Below, piece after piece: positions 1 to 10,387 of a DNA stretch of 64,000 nt. The DNA comes from an uncultured Methylococcales bacterium (GTDB lineage Bacteria; Pseudomonadota; Gammaproteobacteria; Methylococcales; G963664935): contig CAZZET010000003.1 of NCBI GenBank assembly GCA_964653275.1, positions 8,218 to 72,217 of the forward strand, written 5' to 3'. Under the pieces are notes generated by a model that worked only from the letters and a program-made list of their open reading frames with translations, ran no database searches and had not been told where the DNA came from. Every line of letters starts with the position of its first letter. Position 1 is the stretch's first letter. A program made the position numbers and the translations under genes.

Positions 1-88
1 CTAACCCCCACGAACAAAAGTTCTTAGATTAGCCTCGGCCAACGTAGTAACCAAAACTCACTACGTAGTCTCTATTATAGTGTCTTTT

Positions 89-847
89 TTAGGTGTTAGG
101 ATATGTACCTAAGTCTTGTACCAAAAGTTTTTCCAAGTTACCCCGCAAATTAGCAAGCTCCTTAGACTTAAACGATGTTTTTGTTCCCTCCAATACGGCG
201 ACTGCCTCTTGAATACCCGCTACCAACCGTGCGGGTTTAGGACATCCCAGCAAATGGCAAGGCGTCTGTCGTTCACCCGATCCGTGGGTACGCTCTATTA
301 TATGATACAAATCCAGAACGGAGCCGAGGACATTCTGCGCCGATAAGCTTAGAAATGTGGTCCATGCAGACTGCATTCCTTTACTTGGATCATTCTCGAT
401 AATATGCTCCATTTGTTCTAACTCTGTGCTCCATTTGGCTAAGCGCTGACGCACATGATCAAAGTCATTAAAACTACGATTCCTTTCTACACCTTTTGAA
501 ACCCATTCCAACAACTCACTAAAATCCATTGGCTTGACCATATAGGTCAATACAGTCAAATTTAATGATTTGATGGCAGATTGGACCGATGGATACCCCG
601 TCACAAGGATCACAGGTAAATGACGATTTACTTTTGCTACGGCTTTAACGAGATCTAATTCCGAGTTACCGGGCATCTGAATGTCAGATATAAGGACATT
701 ATACTCTTGGTGAGTCAACCGCTCAAGTACCCCATCCCCATCTCTCACGGCGTCACAAGCATATCCATTTCCTCGCAACAAATCTGCGGTCGCATTAGCA
801 AATGTATCATCGTCGTCAGCGATTAATATACGTCCTAAGTCAGGCAT
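89..847 (-). CDS. Response regulator: CheY-like receiver domain plus a ~130-aa C-terminal domain of unknown function
   Basis: 252-aa ORF with an ATG start. Receiver signatures are the acidic pocket IADDDD, the phospho-acceptor Asp in LISDIQMPG, VTGY and MVKP. The C-terminal half (includes CHLLGCPKP) carries no motif I recognise. Confidence 0.8.
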   Translation of the reverse strand: MPDLGRILIADDDDTFANATADLLRGNGYACDAVRDGDGVLERLTHQEYNVLISDIQMPGNSELDLVKAVAKVNRHLPVILVTGYPSVQSAIKSLNLTVLTYMVKPMDFSELLEWVSKGVERNRSFNDFDHVRQRLAKWSTELEQMEHIIENDPSKGMQSAWTTFLSLSAQNVLGSVLDLYHIIERTHGSGERQTPCHLLGCPKPARLVAGIQEAVAVLEGTKTSFKSKELANLRGNLEKLLVQDLGTYPNT

Positions 848-969
848 GCTAGCGTTCTCTTCCCCTTTTCAATTTTGGTGAATTTAAATATTAACGTCAC
901 TATCCACCTCACCTCTATTCTACTCCATTATTGCATTTTACAAACCACACAGGAAAGACTGTATAGTGA

Positions 970-2010
970 TTAAGCAAGACTTGTCTCGAATTCTTCTAGC
1001 GTAACCCGGTTCCGTCCCTGCTGTTTAGATTGATATAAAGCATCATCCGCACGGCTAACCATAGATTCGATTGATTCGTCAGTCCTATACTGCGCTACAC
1101 CAATGGATACTGTTATCGGATCGATGGGTTTGTTCGTTATCTTATTCACAAGGCGAACTGTTTCTATGGCCATTCGGATGTTTTCGGCGACCGCCTTGGC
1201 TCCATCCAAAGTCGTCTCCACTAGGAGCACAGCAAATTCCTCACCACCAAACCTGGCTGCCGTATCCTTTCCCTTGATTTGTTTTTTTAAGATCGTCCCT
1301 ATAAATCGTATAACTTGGTCTCCGACCACATGCCCATATGTATCATTTACACGTTTGAAAAAATCGATATCCACCATCAAAAGACACGGAGACCTTTCCT
1401 TCCCACCCTCTGTTGACAAACTCACATCGAATCCATTGGAAAATCCTTTGCGATTTGCAAGACCCGTAAGAGGGTCCAAAAGTGTTTCTTTTTTAACTTC
1501 CTCTAATTCGTTACGCAAGGCATCGATTTCAACTGTACTGGCATCAAGCCGAGCTTTTAGAGAGGAGGTCGAAACCCTCATAGAACGTGAATCTGAAAGC
1601 ATACTCTCGGCAATCCGTTGCAGCAATGCACCATCCACGCTGCCCTCTAATTGATTACTATAGCGCTCCAGAGACTGATCAAAACGGCCCACCTCTTCGT
1701 TGGTTTGGCTAGTCGATTCTGATAAATTGACAACCAAATTTTGCAGCTCCATCTGAAATTGCGTAATGGTTTCTTGGCTGTCCTTCACTAGAAACTTATC
1801 GTAAAGTTCTTGAATTAGTTGATCGCTAAAGAGTGTCCCGTTTTCAAGTAATCCATCGATTTCTTGGCTAAGTTTTTCATTGCCACCCGAAACATACTCG
1901 TACCAAACGGTATAATTGATAGGCGTTGCTTTGATTTTATGTTTGGATATGAGCGGTATTACTTGCCGAAGATATTCAACGCTCTTCTCCCTAGATTCGA
2001 AATATTGCAC
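970..2010 (-). CDS. Diguanylate cyclase (GGDEF domain) with an N-terminal coiled-coil/sensor region
   Basis: 346-aa ORF with a GTG start directly abutting the upstream stop. GGDEF-domain motifs are LTGLANRKGF, MVDIDFFKRVNDTYGH and the active-site GGEEF. The I-site position reads KGKD rather than RxxD. Confidence 0.85.
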   Translation of the reverse strand: MQYFESREKSVEYLRQVIPLISKHKIKATPINYTVWYEYVSGGNEKLSQEIDGLLENGTLFSDQLIQELYDKFLVKDSQETITQFQMELQNLVVNLSESTSQTNEEVGRFDQSLERYSNQLEGSVDGALLQRIAESMLSDSRSMRVSTSSLKARLDASTVEIDALRNELEEVKKETLLDPLTGLANRKGFSNGFDVSLSTEGGKERSPCLLMVDIDFFKRVNDTYGHVVGDQVIRFIGTILKKQIKGKDTAARFGGEEFAVLLVETTLDGAKAVAENIRMAIETVRLVNKITNKPIDPITVSIGVAQYRTDESIESMVSRADDALYQSKQQGRNRVTLEEFETSLA

Positions 2011-2011
2011 G

Positions 2012-2275
2012 CTATACCCCCATGTTGCTTAACGCCATCATTATGTCGTTAAGAATGCCCGTAACCCTTGGGTGAGAAACTTCGAAATGCGCCACCGAAC
2101 CCGCTAGATCTTCAACTAATGTGATATGATGATCACGATCATCGGGACTATTAATTTTCATTTCTATATCCGCCACCAGCTTTTCGAGCCTTTCCTTGGA
2201 CTCATTGTCCCCAATGTCCAAATTATCAATTTCATCCCGAAGGCTTTGCAGTGTTTCTATTAGCTTCTTGCTCAT
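2012..2275 (-). CDS. DUF4404-like small helical protein
   Basis: The ORF track gives 118 aa. The likely start is the internal ATG at 2275 (MSKKLIETLQSL...), giving 87 aa. It is an acidic helical protein ending HFEVSHPRVTGILNDIMMALSNMGV, which matches my recollection of DUF4404. Its stop abuts the GGDEF gene start. Confidence 0.6.
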   Translation of the reverse strand: MSKKLIETLQSLRDEIDNLDIGDNESKERLEKLVADIEMKINSPDDRDHHITLVEDLAGSVAHFEVSHPRVTGILNDIMMALSNMGV

Positions 2276-2608
2276 TGGATTAACCCCAGTTCCGATACCA
2301 TTCTGAACCTGTTCAAAATAGATTGCGCCACTACCATTTTCGGTTGAGCGGCATTTGAAACCTTCCATTTCTTATGTGTAGATATGGCTTCTCCACTCAA
2401 TCCCTCCACAACTGGCTTTGGCTATTAACTATCTTAAACGGACCCTTAGATTTTATCACAATGCAAAAAGCTCAAGCGAAATTCGATTAAGAATCCCTTA
2501 GAGAAGCTATACCTGGATGGTTGCTACGGCAAGAAAGGAACGAGGGCTCAAGCTAACGGCGGCCCACAAGTTAGCAACGGGAACCCTAATTACAAAGGAT
2601 ATATTCCA

Positions 2609-5206
2609 TCACCCATTAATTTGTAGTTTTTCCATTAGATCCTGGGCCTCACTTTTTTGTTCTTCATTTCCCTGTTCGAAAATTTCACGAAGAATATCTT
2701 GTGCAGCACTACCGTCTTCCATATCAACATAAGCTTTCGCAAGATCAAGTTTGGTTTCAACTTCATCCATATCGGTTAAACCATCGAAATCCTCATCCAA
2801 AGCTTTCTCTTCTTCCCGAATCTCTGGATCAACGTTGCTATCGTCTAGATAAAAATCCAGTTCAGACACCTCACTCGCTGGTGAATCTTTGCGTTGATCT
2901 TCCACACCCGATTCCAATAACAAATCACCGACTACATCTTCAGAGTTTGCATCAGATCTTGTGAACGCTAAAACCTTATCGTCATTAGTAGACTGCTGAC
3001 CAGAACCCTCATCATCCTGTCCATCATTCGAATCAGTATTATGCAACTCAATTTGACGGTCATCGTCCCAATCAGTGCCTGAATCATCTATCCCATCCAT
3101 CTGAACGTCGCTAGTATTATTCGCTCCAACATGTGAGACATCAAATTCAAGATGGTTTTCATGGTCGGACTGCGGAACATTTAATTTCGATTCGGGTATT
3201 AATTCGGAATGACCTGTGGATGGAGCAGTTTCAACCTCAACAATTTTGGATGGCCCCGTTTCACTCCGAGCCGTAGTTTCTGTCCCATCACTAAACAACG
3301 AATCCTCCGGGCAAAGGTCTCTTCCCATTTCAACAACTTTTTGCCAAAATGCCGAATCATCCCGTCGATCTTTTTTCAATTCGGAAGCATAGGCCGAAAA
3401 CGCTTCTCTATTTTCTTTCGCAAAATGAATTTCAAGTAGTTTTAGCTTACATTCATCGTTATTTGGTTCATCCTTGATAGCTTGTTGAATGAGGTCTTCC
3501 GCCTGTTGATACCGGCCATAAGCTAAGTAAACATCGGCTTCAGAGATTGCATCCACTTCATCATGCTCAGTATCGATGGCGTCAAATTCACTGGGGGTAA
3601 ATTCGCTTAAAAATGAACTTTCCACAGTTTCACTCGATTCCTGAACAGGTCTATCAACAGCACCAGACTCTGCTAATTTGTCACTCGCAAAATCATGACC
3701 GACTTCAGGGAGATTCAGCACACTATCGGTATCCCCTTCGGATTCACCACGTCGTTTCCGAATAAAAACCCAAGCCAACAAGCCAAGCAGCGCGATTCCA
3801 GCACCCGAAGCTGCTAGGTAAAAAGGCCCCGATAAAAAACCATCAGGTTTTTCTTCGCTTACAGTTTTTGTTGGTTTTGGCTTTTTAAGCGTTGGTTTGA
3901 CGGTTTTTTTAATCGATTTAGCTTTTGGAACCTGTTTTGGCTGAACTTTATTTTTTTCTAAATCTATAGTCGCTTCAGGAACCACTTTATTTGCGAGCGC
4001 TGCTGATTTACTCAGTTGTGAATTTTGAGATTGTAACGCCGCTAACTGTTCATCCTTTAAAGCTAACATTCGCTGCATGGTTACCAACTGTTGTTCTAAT
4101 GCCGCTAACCGTGATTGAAGTTGTTGATTTTCCTGGCCCACAGATGCTGCCATCTCGAGTGCCAAGTCCACTTTTGCATTTGGTTTTTCGGAAGCATTTT
4201 CCTTTGCTGACATGCCCACTTCGGTAAGATCTTCACCCGAAGGAGAAACCAATTTTAATTGATCAGGGCTCTCAACAGATTTCTTCGATGGTGTATTCGT
4301 CTTGGCTTTTTCGGCACGCACATCATTTATACGCCCGGACCATACATCATTTTGCCGTTTGTATTCGACCGACGCCTGCTCTCTAGTACGCTGAACGATA
4401 ATATCTCGCGTTGGGATTGTAAGAATCTGACCAGCCTTTAAAGCATTGATATTGTCCTTGTAAAAAGCATGAGGATTCACCTGATGCATACTAATTAACA
4501 ACTGTTCTGCGGAGACTCCTTTTTCCCGTTTAACAGAATTCACAATATTCCAAAGCGTCTCGTTTCTTACAACAGGGCCATATTTTTCGCCAAAACCGTA
4601 AGACCGAGAATTTTGCTTAGGCGAACGAGATTTAAACTGCTTAGGTGTTTTAGGAGTAATTGGCTTAGGAACCGCAGTTGAAGAAAATGAGATAGGGTTT
4701 GTTGTGACATTAGGGGATGCTATCACAGTCTCTTCTTTTGGAACCGCAGCGCTTTCAACTTTCTGGGTTTGTGTAACCGCTGGAGTAGCAGCCGGAATAG
4801 TTTTCTTTTGGAGTGTAACAGGTGGATCCAAAAGCAAGGTAAATTCTCGCAAGATATGTCCTTGAGGCCAATTCACATCAAGCAAAAAATCTACAAAAGG
4901 CTCGCGTATCACATCGAGCGAAGTCACCTTGACAACGATACTACCGTCAGTTTTTATAATGGGCTTAAACCGGAGAGAGGAAAGATAAAATGGCCTCTCG
5001 ATCCCCGCACGGGCAAATGCGTCAGGTGCCGCCAAACTGACCTTGATATCTGAAACAGACTTGACCTTTGGGTTAACCAAGGGAATTTCCGCCCGTAAAT
5101 TTTGATTTAAGGCGGAATGCAGCTTGATATCGCCCACCCCCAAAGCATCGACGCCAAGCGGGGAAAGGAGACTCAAGATCGCCATGGTTTTTTTTAATTT
5201 GCGCAC
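2609..5206 (-). CDS. fimV: FimV/HubP-family peptidoglycan-binding polar scaffold protein
   Basis: 865 aa with a GTG start that gives the signal-like n-region RKLKK. It has the N-terminal FimV motif LGVGDIKLHSALNQNLRAEIPL, a LysM-like segment (ETLWNIV...QILTIP), a coiled coil and a TM helix (FYLAASGAGIALLGLLAWVFI). A long acidic region and the C-terminal FimV motif LDLAKAYVDMEDGSAAQDILREI follow. It sits in the conserved position next to asd-leuB. Confidence 0.85.
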   Translation of the reverse strand: MRKLKKTMAILSLLSPLGVDALGVGDIKLHSALNQNLRAEIPLVNPKVKSVSDIKVSLAAPDAFARAGIERPFYLSSLRFKPIIKTDGSIVVKVTSLDVIREPFVDFLLDVNWPQGHILREFTLLLDPPVTLQKKTIPAATPAVTQTQKVESAAVPKEETVIASPNVTTNPISFSSTAVPKPITPKTPKQFKSRSPKQNSRSYGFGEKYGPVVRNETLWNIVNSVKREKGVSAEQLLISMHQVNPHAFYKDNINALKAGQILTIPTRDIIVQRTREQASVEYKRQNDVWSGRINDVRAEKAKTNTPSKKSVESPDQLKLVSPSGEDLTEVGMSAKENASEKPNAKVDLALEMAASVGQENQQLQSRLAALEQQLVTMQRMLALKDEQLAALQSQNSQLSKSAALANKVVPEATIDLEKNKVQPKQVPKAKSIKKTVKPTLKKPKPTKTVSEEKPDGFLSGPFYLAASGAGIALLGLLAWVFIRKRRGESEGDTDSVLNLPEVGHDFASDKLAESGAVDRPVQESSETVESSFLSEFTPSEFDAIDTEHDEVDAISEADVYLAYGRYQQAEDLIQQAIKDEPNNDECKLKLLEIHFAKENREAFSAYASELKKDRRDDSAFWQKVVEMGRDLCPEDSLFSDGTETTARSETGPSKIVEVETAPSTGHSELIPESKLNVPQSDHENHLEFDVSHVGANNTSDVQMDGIDDSGTDWDDDRQIELHNTDSNDGQDDEGSGQQSTNDDKVLAFTRSDANSEDVVGDLLLESGVEDQRKDSPASEVSELDFYLDDSNVDPEIREEEKALDEDFDGLTDMDEVETKLDLAKAYVDMEDGSAAQDILREIFEQGNEEQKSEAQDLMEKLQING

Positions 5207-5393
5207 TTAGCCCTCTCCAGAAAACAAATGACCCACACTACGGATGCTCCAATCAAAATACTATATTCTAGGGTAACTATTCGGCACACCTCTTTTCTGT
5301 TTCATAAAAACACCTCAAAACACCTGGGATAGTTTTCCTTTCTATGACACAAACAGGGGCAATCCGAACGATTACTTTCTTGTAAAGATTAGT

Positions 5394-6416
5394 TCAGATG
5401 AAATTTTTTACTAGTAGCTCCGCAATCTGTATGCTGTTGAGAGCAGCACCTTTTCGTATGTTATCTCCAACAACCCACATGTTCAGCCCTTTCGGGTGCG
5501 AAATATCTTCCCGGATTCTTCCAACGAATACCTCATCATGACCCGCTGACTCGGTAACCGCCGTAGGATAACCTCCCGGTTCCCGACGATCCAATACTGT
5601 CACTCCAGGCGCCTTCATCAAAAGTTCCGTCGCCTGGTTCGCGCTAATTTTTTCCTTTGTTTCGATATGTACAGCCTCAGAGTGTCCGAAAAATACCGGA
5701 ATGCGGACTGCTGTGGGATTAACCCGGATACTTTCATCACCCAAGATTTTTTGGGTCTCCCAAACCATTTTCATCTCTTCCCGGGTATACCCATTTTCCT
5801 GAAACGAATCAATTTGTGGTAGAGCGTTAAAAGCGATTTGTTTGGGATAAACTTTCGAGGTTACCCGTTTTGCATTGAGTAAGTTAGCGGTTTGACCCGC
5901 AAGCTCCTTGATAGCTTCCTGACCACTCCCGGATACCGCCTGATAAGTAGCCACATTAATACGTTCAATCCCTACAGCATCATATATGGGTTTCAAAGCC
6001 AAAATCATTTGAATCGTCGAACAATTGGGATTAGCAATAATACCTCGACCTTTAAAACGACCAATCTGGTCTGGATTCACTTCAGGAATCACCAATGGAA
6101 TATCAACATCACGACGAAATTCAGAGGTATTATCAACCACAACACATCCAGCTTCAGCAGCCTTCGGCGCAAATTCCTTAGAAACAGAGGCTCCCGCCGA
6201 AAAAAGCCCAATCCGTACTTTTGAAAAATCAAACTCCGATAAATTCCGTACCTTGATCCTAGTATTAGCAAATTCAAGATATTTCCCCGCAGACCGACTA
6301 CTCGCTAAGGCATACACCTCACCACAAGGGAAATTTCGCTCTGCCAAAATCGAAAGCATTACTTCACCGACGGCCCCAGTAGCACCGACAACAGCAACAT
6401 CATAATTATCATTCAT
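5394..6416 (-). CDS. asd: Aspartate-semialdehyde dehydrogenase
   Basis: 340/341 aa. It has the NAD-binding motif VAVVGATGAVG, the active-site region IANPNCSTI and QAVSGSG. The ORF opens with GTG at 6419 followed by ATG at 6416, and I chose the ATG. Confidence 0.93.
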   Translation of the reverse strand: MNDNYDVAVVGATGAVGEVMLSILAERNFPCGEVYALASSRSAGKYLEFANTRIKVRNLSEFDFSKVRIGLFSAGASVSKEFAPKAAEAGCVVVDNTSEFRRDVDIPLVIPEVNPDQIGRFKGRGIIANPNCSTIQMILALKPIYDAVGIERINVATYQAVSGSGQEAIKELAGQTANLLNAKRVTSKVYPKQIAFNALPQIDSFQENGYTREEMKMVWETQKILGDESIRVNPTAVRIPVFFGHSEAVHIETKEKISANQATELLMKAPGVTVLDRREPGGYPTAVTESAGHDEVFVGRIREDISHPKGLNMWVVGDNIRKGAALNSIQIAELLVKNFI

Positions 6417-6424
6417 CACTAAAT

Positions 6425-7504
6425 TTACTCCAAGAGTCCCTTAACCACAGCATTTCCCATTTCCACCGTTCCCACTTCACAAGTCCCTGGTGAATAGATA
6501 TCTGGTGTACGCAAGCCTGAATCCAACGCATTAATGACCGCCAGTTCAACTCTCTGAGCCGCATCTTCTTCATTGAAACTGTAGCGGAGAAGCATCGCGA
6601 CCGACAAAATTGTTGCCAATGGATTGGCGCGCCCTTTGCCTGCGATATCCGGAGCCGAACCGTGTATAGGTTCGTATAGACCTTTGCCATTCTGATCTAA
6701 GGACGCCGACGGCAACATGCCGATTGAACCTGTCAACATGGAGGCACAATCCGACAAAATGTCACCAAACATGTTGGTTGTTACGATAACATCAAATTGT
6801 TTAGGCGCACGTACCAACTGCATCGCGGCGTTATCGACATACATATGCGATAATTCGACACTCGGATAGTCTTGAGCTACATCACTTACGACTTTCCGCC
6901 AAAGTTCAGTACATTCAAGTACATTGGCTTTGTCCACCGAACAAATTTTTTGGCGCCTTTTCCCTGCAATCCGGAATGCGGAATGTGCTATCCTCTGGAC
7001 CTCTGACTCCTTATATATAAGTGTATTAAATCCTTCTCGTTCCCCACCTTCCAAAACCCGAACACCCCGTGGCTTTCCAAAATAAATTCCTCCTGTAAGT
7101 TCCCTCACAATCATGATATCGAGCCCAGCAACCACTTCAGGCTTCAATGAAGATGCATCAGCCAACTGAGGATACAAAATTGCAGGTCTCAGATTAGAAA
7201 AAAGCTCAAGTTCGGAACGTAACTCCAATAAAGCTCTTTCAGGCCTAACTGAGTAATCCAAAGATTCCCATTTCGGGCCACCGACCGCACCCATTAGTAC
7301 TGCATCAGCAGATTTGGCAAGATCCAAAGTATCTTTTGGAAGTGGCACCCCAGTTCCCTCATAGGCAGCTCCTCCAATTAACCCTTCCTCCATGCGTACA
7401 TTTAAGCCAAATTCCTCAACCAGACAATTAAGCACTTTAATTGCTTCGATCACAATCTCTGGTCCAATGCCATCACCAGGTAATACCGCTATTCTCTTTT
7501 TCAT
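6425..7504 (-). CDS. leuB: 3-isopropylmalate dehydrogenase
   Basis: 359 aa. It carries [26 protein letters not shown]-like NMFGDILSD and [14 protein letters not shown], and lies in leu cluster context. Confidence 0.95.
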   Translation of the reverse strand: MKKRIAVLPGDGIGPEIVIEAIKVLNCLVEEFGLNVRMEEGLIGGAAYEGTGVPLPKDTLDLAKSADAVLMGAVGGPKWESLDYSVRPERALLELRSELELFSNLRPAILYPQLADASSLKPEVVAGLDIMIVRELTGGIYFGKPRGVRVLEGGEREGFNTLIYKESEVQRIAHSAFRIAGKRRQKICSVDKANVLECTELWRKVVSDVAQDYPSVELSHMYVDNAAMQLVRAPKQFDVIVTTNMFGDILSDCASMLTGSIGMLPSASLDQNGKGLYEPIHGSAPDIAGKGRANPLATILSVAMLLRYSFNEEDAAQRVELAVINALDSGLRTPDIYSPGTCEVGTVEMGNAVVKGLLE

Positions 7505-7656
7505 TTAGTAAAAATATTCGACCAAAAAAATTATTATTGAGTTTGACTCTATTTTGGTCCGCAACACGGACAATCCGTACTATTTACAGATTTAAACGAG
7601 TGTTTTTATGGAACGACTACGATCGAGTATATAGAGGTTGGTCATTTACCGCTCTT

Positions 7657-8292
7657 TCACGAACCAAACAGCCAGGGTGTTTGTTGACGTCGTCTCGCTT
7701 CGTAAGCCCTTATTTTGTGGGTTTGCTCCAAGGTTAGGGCAATATCATCAAGACCATTAAGCAACCGGTGTTTTCGTGACTCATCGATATCAAACCCGAT
7801 GCATTCATCCGAAATCTTGACAATTTTTTGAGTTGCTAAATCGACCGTTAATTGATAAGTCTCACTACATTCTTCAAACAACAGATCAATGGTATGCGAA
7901 GCCAACTTAATAGGTAACAACCCATTCTTAAAGCAATTATTATAAAATATATCCGCGAACCCCGGTCCTATTAAAACCCGAAATCCATAATCTACAAGCG
8001 CCCACGCTGCGTGTTCACGTGATGAACCACAACCGAAATTCTCTCGTGTCAGCAATATCCTTGAACCGGAATAACCTGGATTATTTAAAACGAAATCCTT
8101 ATTTTTAGGCCTACCGCTACAATCCATCTCAGGTTCACCCCGATCCAAATAGCGCCATTCATCGAATAAATGTGGGCCGAATCCTGTACGGCGGATTGAT
8201 TTTAAAAATTGCTTTGGAATGATCGCGTCGGTATCTACGTTGACACGGTCCAGCGGCATTACTTTGGATATAATTTTCTCAAATGGGCTCAC
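7657..8292 (-). CDS. leuD: 3-isopropylmalate dehydratase small subunit
   Basis: 211 aa with a GTG start. Motifs are [18 protein letters not shown] and GCGSSREHA. It lies immediately downstream of leuC. Confidence 0.95.
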   Translation of the reverse strand: MSPFEKIISKVMPLDRVNVDTDAIIPKQFLKSIRRTGFGPHLFDEWRYLDRGEPEMDCSGRPKNKDFVLNNPGYSGSRILLTRENFGCGSSREHAAWALVDYGFRVLIGPGFADIFYNNCFKNGLLPIKLASHTIDLLFEECSETYQLTVDLATQKIVKISDECIGFDIDESRKHRLLNGLDDIALTLEQTHKIRAYEARRRQQTPWLFGS

Positions 8293-8301
8293 TACTCGAC
8301 T

Positions 8302-9708
8302 CTACAAAAATTCACGAACGTCAGTAAAATGGCCTGCTATTGCGGCGGCAGCAGCCATAGCGGGACTCACCAAATGGGTTCTTCCACCATAACCCTGTCG
8401 CCCTTCAAAGTTGCGATTTGATGTCGAGGCACAACGTTCACCCGGTTCGAGCCGATCCGCATTCATTGCCAAACACATCGAACACCCAGAATCTCGCCAT
8501 TCAAAGCCTGCATCGATAAATATTTTATCAAGACCTTCGCACTCAGCCTGCCGCTTAACCAGACCGGAACCCGGCACGACAAGCGCCTGTTTGATATTAT
8601 TCGCAAGCGTTTTTCCGTTCGCAACCTGAGCGGCAGCCCTCAAATCCTCAATCCTAGAATTCGTACACGAACCAATAAATATTTTATCCAAATATATATT
8701 TGATATCGGTATTCCAGGCTCAAGCTGCATATAAACCAAAGCACGTTCCATACTTTTCTTTTTCACTTCATCCGTTAGCTCCTCAGGATCGGGAATCACT
8801 GCATCCACCGAAACCACCATTTCTGGTGAAGTACCCCATGTCACCTGAGGACTAATCTTACTCCCATCGATCGATACAACTTTATCAAAGACAACATCTT
8901 CATCGCTCTGAAGATTTTGCCATTGATCGACAGCCCTTCCCCACAATCCGTCAGTTGGCGCATACGGGCGCCCTTTCACATAATTGATAGTAGTCGTATC
9001 AACTGCGACTAGACCCGCTCGAGCTCCTGCTTCAATGGCCATATTACACACTGTCATTCTACCTTCCATCGACATATCCCTGATTACAGAGCCCGCGAAT
9101 TCAATCGTATAACCAGTCCCTCCCGCAGTTCCGATTTCTCCGATAATTGCCAATACAATGTCTTTCGCAAAGACACCTGCCGAAAGTTGTCCCTTAACAT
9201 CCACCAACATGTTTTTTGATTTTTTTTGAACTAGGCACTGTGTAGCCAACGCATGCTCCACTTCGGATGTTCCGATTCCAAAAGCCAACGCACCAAAAGC
9301 ACCATGGGTAGACGTATGAGAGTCCCCACAAACCACAGTCATTCCGGGTAATGTCGCTCCTTGTTCAGGACCAATAACATGCACAATACCCTGGCGCGGA
9401 TCTAACATATCAAACTCTGTAATGCCAAATATTGCACAATTTTGATCCAAAGTCTCAACTTGAAGACGAGAAACCGGATCACCAATACCTTGATCCCTTC
9501 CACTGGTCGGTACGTTGTGATCAGCCACTGCCAGATTTGCAGAGGTACGCCACAATTTTCTTTTTTCTATGCGTAGACCTTCGAAAGCTTGGGGCGATGT
9601 AACCTCGTGCACCAAATGCCGATCAATATATATCAATGACGACCCATCCTCATCAGTATGAACCAGATGGTCATCCCAAAGTTTATCGTATAATGTTTTA
9701 CCGGACAT
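8302..9708 (-). CDS. leuC: 3-isopropylmalate dehydratase large subunit
   Basis: 468 aa. It begins [16 protein letters not shown] and has the aconitase-family Cys ligand regions VCGDSHT, GSCTNSR and CSMCL. Confidence 0.95.
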   Translation of the reverse strand: MSGKTLYDKLWDDHLVHTDEDGSSLIYIDRHLVHEVTSPQAFEGLRIEKRKLWRTSANLAVADHNVPTSGRDQGIGDPVSRLQVETLDQNCAIFGITEFDMLDPRQGIVHVIGPEQGATLPGMTVVCGDSHTSTHGAFGALAFGIGTSEVEHALATQCLVQKKSKNMLVDVKGQLSAGVFAKDIVLAIIGEIGTAGGTGYTIEFAGSVIRDMSMEGRMTVCNMAIEAGARAGLVAVDTTTINYVKGRPYAPTDGLWGRAVDQWQNLQSDEDVVFDKVVSIDGSKISPQVTWGTSPEMVVSVDAVIPDPEELTDEVKKKSMERALVYMQLEPGIPISNIYLDKIFIGSCTNSRIEDLRAAAQVANGKTLANNIKQALVVPGSGLVKRQAECEGLDKIFIDAGFEWRDSGCSMCLAMNADRLEPGERCASTSNRNFEGRQGYGGRTHLVSPAMAAAAAIAGHFTDVREFL

Positions 9709-9716
9709 AAATACTG

Positions 9717-10373
9717 TTACATTGCATGTTTTTGAAGTGCTGAAAAAACTTTTTTTGTTATTTCAGGAACGCTCCCAATGCCAATTATTGACGAAAAACT
9801 TATCGAACTGCTGTCAGCGGCACGACGATAATACTCCACAAGTGGCTTAGTCTGCTCATGATAGACCCTAAGTCTTTTTCTTACAGTTTTTTCCTGATCA
9901 TCATCGCGTTGAATCAACGGTTCACCAGTATCATCATCAACTCCTGCAATTTTTGGTGCATTAAATTGGACATGATAGGTACGACCGGAGGCGGGGTGAA
10001 CTCTCCGACCACCTAAACGCTTAACGATCTGTTCATCATCAACCAATATTTCAACAACATGGTCAACGACTACCCCCATTTCTTTTAAACCTTCCGCCTG
10101 AACAATAGTACGCGGAAAACCGTCAAGCAGAAATCCATTTTCACAATCACTCGCTATTATCCGAGCTTTAATCAAGCTTAAAATAATTTCATCCGAAACT
10201 AATCCACCGGCATCCATTATTTCCTTTGCCGCCAACCCAAGGCCCGACTGTTCCCTAATAGCCGCACGAAGCATATCACCCGTCGATATTTGAGGAATAT
10301 TAAACTTTTCCGTAATATATTTGGCTTGGGTACCTTTTCCCGAACCGGGCCCACCTAGCAAAATTAGTCGCAT
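9717..10373 (-). CDS. adk: Adenylate kinase
   Basis: 218 aa. It has the P-loop [27 protein letters not shown] and an LID region without a Cys4 zinc motif. Confidence 0.95.
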   Translation of the reverse strand: MRLILLGGPGSGKGTQAKYITEKFNIPQISTGDMLRAAIREQSGLGLAAKEIMDAGGLVSDEIILSLIKARIIASDCENGFLLDGFPRTIVQAEGLKEMGVVVDHVVEILVDDEQIVKRLGGRRVHPASGRTYHVQFNAPKIAGVDDDTGEPLIQRDDDQEKTVRKRLRVYHEQTKPLVEYYRRAADSSSISFSSIIGIGSVPEITKKVFSALQKHAM

Positions 10374-10387
10374 TTTTTGTTCCTTAA

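Noticed and set aside
1103-1654. 183-aa plus-strand ORF antisense to the GGDEF gene. Similar long antisense ORFs occur at 6025-6405 (opposite asd), 44730-45173 and 54313-54699.
   Set aside because: Each lies entirely inside a well-supported gene on the other strand. The translations are low-complexity (S/R/P/L-rich) with no motifs. This is the typical shadow-frame artefact.
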